The notes under the pieces: generated by a model
Databases searched by the model: none
Told to the model about the DNA's origin: nothing
Seen by the model: only the letters and a program-made list of their open reading frames with translations
Translations under genes and position numbers: made by a program
Shown here: in pieces, positions 25,931 to 29,156 of the stretch
Numbering within the stretch: the stretch's first letter is position 1
Layout: each line of letters begins with the position of its first letter
Source: a virus
Taxonomy: Duplodnaviria > Caudoviricetes
Direction: 5' to 3' (one strand)
DNA: 29,156 bases
IMG/VR virus record: IMGVR_UViG_3300031939_000020
Location: 1 to 29,156 of that record

Positions 25931-26371
25931 CTAACTTGCCGGTCCCGGATAGATGCTCATCCCGTAAACGGGACCGTTTGTGTCCGGCACAAGCCCCACG
26001 TCAATGGCCGCCAACATGCACCGGCTGTAGCTTCCCCAATTTTCCGCACTTTGCACCTGAAAGGCGGTGCCGTTGCGCAACACCACGTCCGCCACGTCAA
26101 TGGCCGGGCCGGAGGCGTCCCCCGCTTGGTGACGCACCCATAGCCAATAGGTTTCCTTGTCCCTAAAAGCTTCCGGCACCAAGAGGAGATCCCGCCCATT
26201 GAGGGGTTGAATGGTGCATATGATCTCAAAGGTGTCCGGGGGACGTAGCGCCACCGCCACCCCGTCCTCATAGGCTATGTCCGTATCAACAACCCGCCCT
26301 TGGCGCACCACGGTCAACCGCTCGTCACAATCCAAAAGCTCAAGGGGACCGTCAAGGAGCCACATGGTCAA
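25931..26371 (-). CDS. Head closure / head-tail joining protein
   Basis: IQPLNGRDLLLVPE..R motif and synteny. Confidence 0.7.
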   Translation of the reverse strand: MTMWLLDGPLELLDCDERLTVVRQGRVVDTDIAYEDGVAVALRPPDTFEIICTIQPLNGRDLLLVPEAFRDKETYWLWVRHQAGDASGPAIDVADVVLRNGTAFQVQSAENWGSYSRCMLAAIDVGLVPDTNGPVYGMSIYPGPAS

Positions 26372-26892
26372 TCATCCTTGCCCGTGGTGCGCACCGCAAA
26401 ATGGATGCTATCATAAAGAAAATGGGTGGCATAAAGCGGGATGGTGCCGGTGATACCTTGCTCCTTGCGCTTTTCCAGCGTGAAGGGACGTAGCTCCGGA
26501 GCAATGCGGCGCTTAATGGTCGTTTGGATGCGGTTAACCGCGTCCGCCCCAAGCTTTTGCAAGGCTTGGGTGACCGTGATCCGGTCATCCGCAATCATCC
26601 CTAGCAATTGCGTCTTAAGCCTAAAGAGGGCGCCAAGGCCCTTGTCAAAAGGCGTGCGCAAGAAGCTACGCGCCGGAATACCGGGGCGCCCGCCCTTGGG
26701 TTGGGTGCCAAATTCTTGCCATAAGGCCACCTCCCCCACCATAGCGTTGCTATTGGGGTAGCGCCGGTGCGGCTCAAGAATCCCCACGGACACATGCTTG
26801 CGGGATAGGTCACGGTATTGCCGCTTCAAATCCTCAAAAAGCACGTCACCCTTGGTCGTGGTCTTGATGCGGACGTGCAAGAGATTTGCCAT
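26368..26892 (-). CDS. Neck / virion morphogenesis protein
   Basis: VSVGI..EFGT..IPARSFLR..L.P.T..RK..PL motif. Confidence 0.8.
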   Translation of the reverse strand: MANLLHVRIKTTTKGDVLFEDLKRQYRDLSRKHVSVGILEPHRRYPNSNAMVGEVALWQEFGTQPKGGRPGIPARSFLRTPFDKGLGALFRLKTQLLGMIADDRITVTQALQKLGADAVNRIQTTIKRRIAPELRPFTLEKRKEQGITGTIPLYATHFLYDSIHFAVRTTGKDD

Positions 26893-27365
26893 TACCGGCT
26901 TTCCTCTTCCGGATTGTTGGATCGGGCAAGCTCACCTGAGAGCGGATTGCCAAGCCATCCATAGCGCCCATGCATCATCCGGGTGGTGAATTGAGGCCGC
27001 ACATAATCCCGGTCCCGGTAAGGAAGGGCATTTTGCGTGTGGCTGATGCCGCCAATGAAGGGGACGCCCCCGGTGTTGGCCGCGATCCGGCGTAGGTTGC
27101 CCAACACCTCCTTATAGTTGCCCATGAGCTGGCTATAAGACTTGGACACGGAGCCAACGGTTTGGTCGCACATGCGGCTCAATTGCGTGACAACGGCCTC
27201 ACAAGCGGTGACGCTTGCAATGCCCACGTTGCCGCCCGCTTGAGACAAGCAAAACAAGATCTCACCGTCTTGCAATTGAGGGCGCAAGGGATCGGTGTCA
27301 CCAATGGCAAAGCGCACGGCGTCAAGCGGGCTTTGGCTAGGGTCACCGGAGTAGGTAAAAGCCAT
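26892..27365 (-). CDS. Head-tail adaptor protein
   Basis: YSGDP..LDAVRFAIGDTD..LQDGEI motif. Confidence 0.8.
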   Translation of the reverse strand: MAFTYSGDPSQSPLDAVRFAIGDTDPLRPQLQDGEILFCLSQAGGNVGIASVTACEAVVTQLSRMCDQTVGSVSKSYSQLMGNYKEVLGNLRRIAANTGGVPFIGGISHTQNALPYRDRDYVRPQFTTRMMHGRYGWLGNPLSGELARSNNPEEESR

Positions 27366-27375
27366 GGCTGCCCCT

Positions 27376-27723
27376 TTAGGAGTGCTTACGGTCTATGTGC
27401 TTGTCTAAACTGTTTTTGATGCTAAAGCCCGGATGGTCACAATGAGGGCATGTGTAAATCTTCTTTTGCACATACTCACGGACGGCCTCCGGCTCCTTAG
27501 CGGGCGCGTCGGAGACTTTGCCATAAACCGTCATGCGCATCCGCCCATCAACGATCTCCGGCGTTAATCCCCCCCGGTCCGCCACGGCCCGGCTATGAAG
27601 ATGGGCGTGCTTGACGGCAGCGGACCATGATTCAAAATCCGGGACGCCTTCACCGGGGAGGACGGCATATTTGCTACCGTCCCCCCCAACATACGTCAAT
27701 TTACGGAGCGCGATATAGCGCAC
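27376..27723 (-). CDS. Protein with a C-terminal C2H2 zinc finger
   Basis: YTCPHCDHPGFSIKNSLDKHIDRKH. GGAG SD inside the end of the capsid gene. Confidence 0.7.
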   Translation of the reverse strand: MRYIALRKLTYVGGDGSKYAVLPGEGVPDFESWSAAVKHAHLHSRAVADRGGLTPEIVDGRMRMTVYGKVSDAPAKEPEAVREYVQKKIYTCPHCDHPGFSIKNSLDKHIDRKHS

Positions 27724-27726
27724 GCG

Positions 27727-28719
27727 TTACTCCGCCAACAAGTTGGTGCCCAAGATTCCAAGCTCCGGGCTAACCTGCTTCATGTCAAACGCCATTTCCA
27801 TCTCAACCCGCTCGGAGGCCAAGTGCTCAAGGCGCATGGTCTTGATGCGGCTACCCATGGCGGAGGCACCATACATGCCTGTCCAAGAGAAAATATACCC
27901 GCCCGTTGGCCGGAGGATTCCAGCCGACGGTGCGGCGTAGGTGAGCAAGATTTTATTATCACTAATAAAGTCAAAGTCACCGGTCTGGCCCTCTTGGGCG
28001 CGGTTTTCAACGGCGGAGGCCACCAGATACTTATCTACGCCAAAAAACTGAGCAAGCAATTGCTCCGTGGCAATGCCGAGCTGGCTGTAGAGGATGCGGC
28101 TCAACACCATGGGGTGCTGCTTCAAACGCTCATTGACGTCATGGCTCACCACCAACGTGTTGGGCTTGAGGGACGTGGTGCGGGTGATCTCAGTCTTGAG
28201 CATGGCAACGTCCGCAATGGGGTTGCTATTGTCACTTGACCAAGAAACGCTAGGGGTGAAATCCGTGGGGACGCGCACGCCCAAGCCGTTGGTGGTCATC
28301 AGACCGCCCCAAACGCCCGGTGCCATGTAGCTCTGAATGAAGAGCTTTTCACGGCGTAGCATCATTTTCTGTGTCAAAAACTCAACACTGTCCCGATGCA
28401 AATCAATAGGGTCATCACAATTCTGGATGGTGAAATCATCCAAATTCACGTGATGAGCATAAACGTCACAAAAATAGGACGGGCTACTGTCTACCGACCA
28501 GCCCGAGCCAACGCTTTCAGTACCGGGGGCGCGCTTTTCCGCACCGGGCCGCATCCAATAGGACCGGTCATACTGGAAGTATTTGTCACTCTGCTTAACA
28601 ACCCCGACGATCGGGAACACCTTGTCATGAATGAAATTGTTGGCGTCCTGCATCGTCGCCACCGCGATCGATCCAAGCGGACGGTTAACGTGTACTTCAG
28701 AGCGGGTGGGGTTTGGCAT
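27727..28719 (-). CDS. Major capsid protein (gpE-like, HK97 fold)
   Basis: VHVNRPL..FIHDKVFPIV.V.KQSDKY..RAPGTE and PNTLVV motifs. 330 aa, upstream of the head-tail genes. Confidence 0.9.
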   Translation of the reverse strand: MPNPTRSEVHVNRPLGSIAVATMQDANNFIHDKVFPIVGVVKQSDKYFQYDRSYWMRPGAEKRAPGTESVGSGWSVDSSPSYFCDVYAHHVNLDDFTIQNCDDPIDLHRDSVEFLTQKMMLRREKLFIQSYMAPGVWGGLMTTNGLGVRVPTDFTPSVSWSSDNSNPIADVAMLKTEITRTTSLKPNTLVVSHDVNERLKQHPMVLSRILYSQLGIATEQLLAQFFGVDKYLVASAVENRAQEGQTGDFDFISDNKILLTYAAPSAGILRPTGGYIFSWTGMYGASAMGSRIKTMRLEHLASERVEMEMAFDMKQVSPELGILGTNLLAE

Positions 28720-28746
28720 ACGGGCGATCCCTTGTGAGTGCGTGCG

Positions 28747-28771
28747 GTTTGCCGGTCATTATGCGGCAAAC
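28747..28771. promoter_or_regulatory. Perfect 8-bp inverted repeat enclosing a -10-like hexamer upstream of the capsid gene
   Basis: Minus strand GTTTGCCG-CATAATGAC-CGGCAAAC. Confidence 0.4.
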
Positions 28772-28860
28772 GTGTCGCGATAATAAAAAACGCTGGCCAA
28801 AAAAGGCCGTCCAACGCCATTTTGATTGCAAGACGGCCCTAGCCGCAAGAAATGGGCCAA

Positions 28861-29154
28861 TTAAGAGGCGCTTTGCGTGGTGGTGATGCTCATAAAAAAC
28901 GGGACGGAGCTGGAAATGGCTTGGGTGAGCACCACCGCAATGCCATATCCGGGGGGCATTGTCCACTGTTTTGCCGTGATGTCCGGACGCCCGCCAATGT
29001 TGGACGTGCCGTTATAAGCCGCATCCCATATGAGCGTGGCCGCCGCCGCCCGGCCCGTGACGGTTGAGCCGGTGCGCACGGTATACGCCGGATCCTGGCC
29101 CGCATCATCAGAGGGATCAAGCGGCTCCGGCACCAAAAGGGTGCCTCCGGAGTG
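28861..29154 (-). CDS. 3' end of a hypothetical beta-rich protein, truncated by the window edge
   Basis: The frame stays open from the window end to TAA at 28861. Confidence 0.6.
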   Translation of the reverse strand, partial: HSGGTLLVPEPLDPSDDAGQDPAYTVRTGSTVTGRAAAATLIWDAAYNGTSNIGGRPDITAKQWTMPPGYGIAVVLTQAISSSVPFFMSITTTQSAS

Positions 29155-29156
29155 TC

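Noticed and set aside
1-29156. Alternative genetic code as the cause of the CAG/CTG scarcity
   Set aside because: Genes are full length under the standard code, and TAA, TAG and TGA all serve as stops at coupled gene junctions.

Overview
A 29-kb segment of a GC-rich tailed phage or prophage with a contractile (myovirus-type) tail. The GH108 endolysin and lipoprotein-like genes suggest a diderm host. The right two-thirds (minus strand, 29156->11867) is a tightly coupled virion operon: gpE-type major capsid, head-tail and neck proteins, a short DUF3383-type sheath, tube, tail chaperone with a -1 frameshift, tape measure, Dit-like/plug/hub/spike/gp25/J/DUF2612-type baseplate genes and a tail fibre. 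The left third holds two replication-initiator-like genes, a loader-like gene, a Sak4-like ATPase, a GH108 endolysin, an MTase / PAPS-reductase-like / Dam-like / RecU-like cluster, an acidic repeat protein and small membrane proteins. The most notable feature is a 260-aa gene between the baseplate hub and spike genes (18486-19268). It follows the bacterial gasdermin motif order but carries a signal/lipobox-like N-terminus and has no neighbouring protease. The window also appears to avoid CAG/CTG and TCG/CGA, a bias the capsid gene escapes. No tRNA, rRNA, CRISPR array, integrase or IS was seen. All family assignments come from motif recognition by eye, not from database searches.
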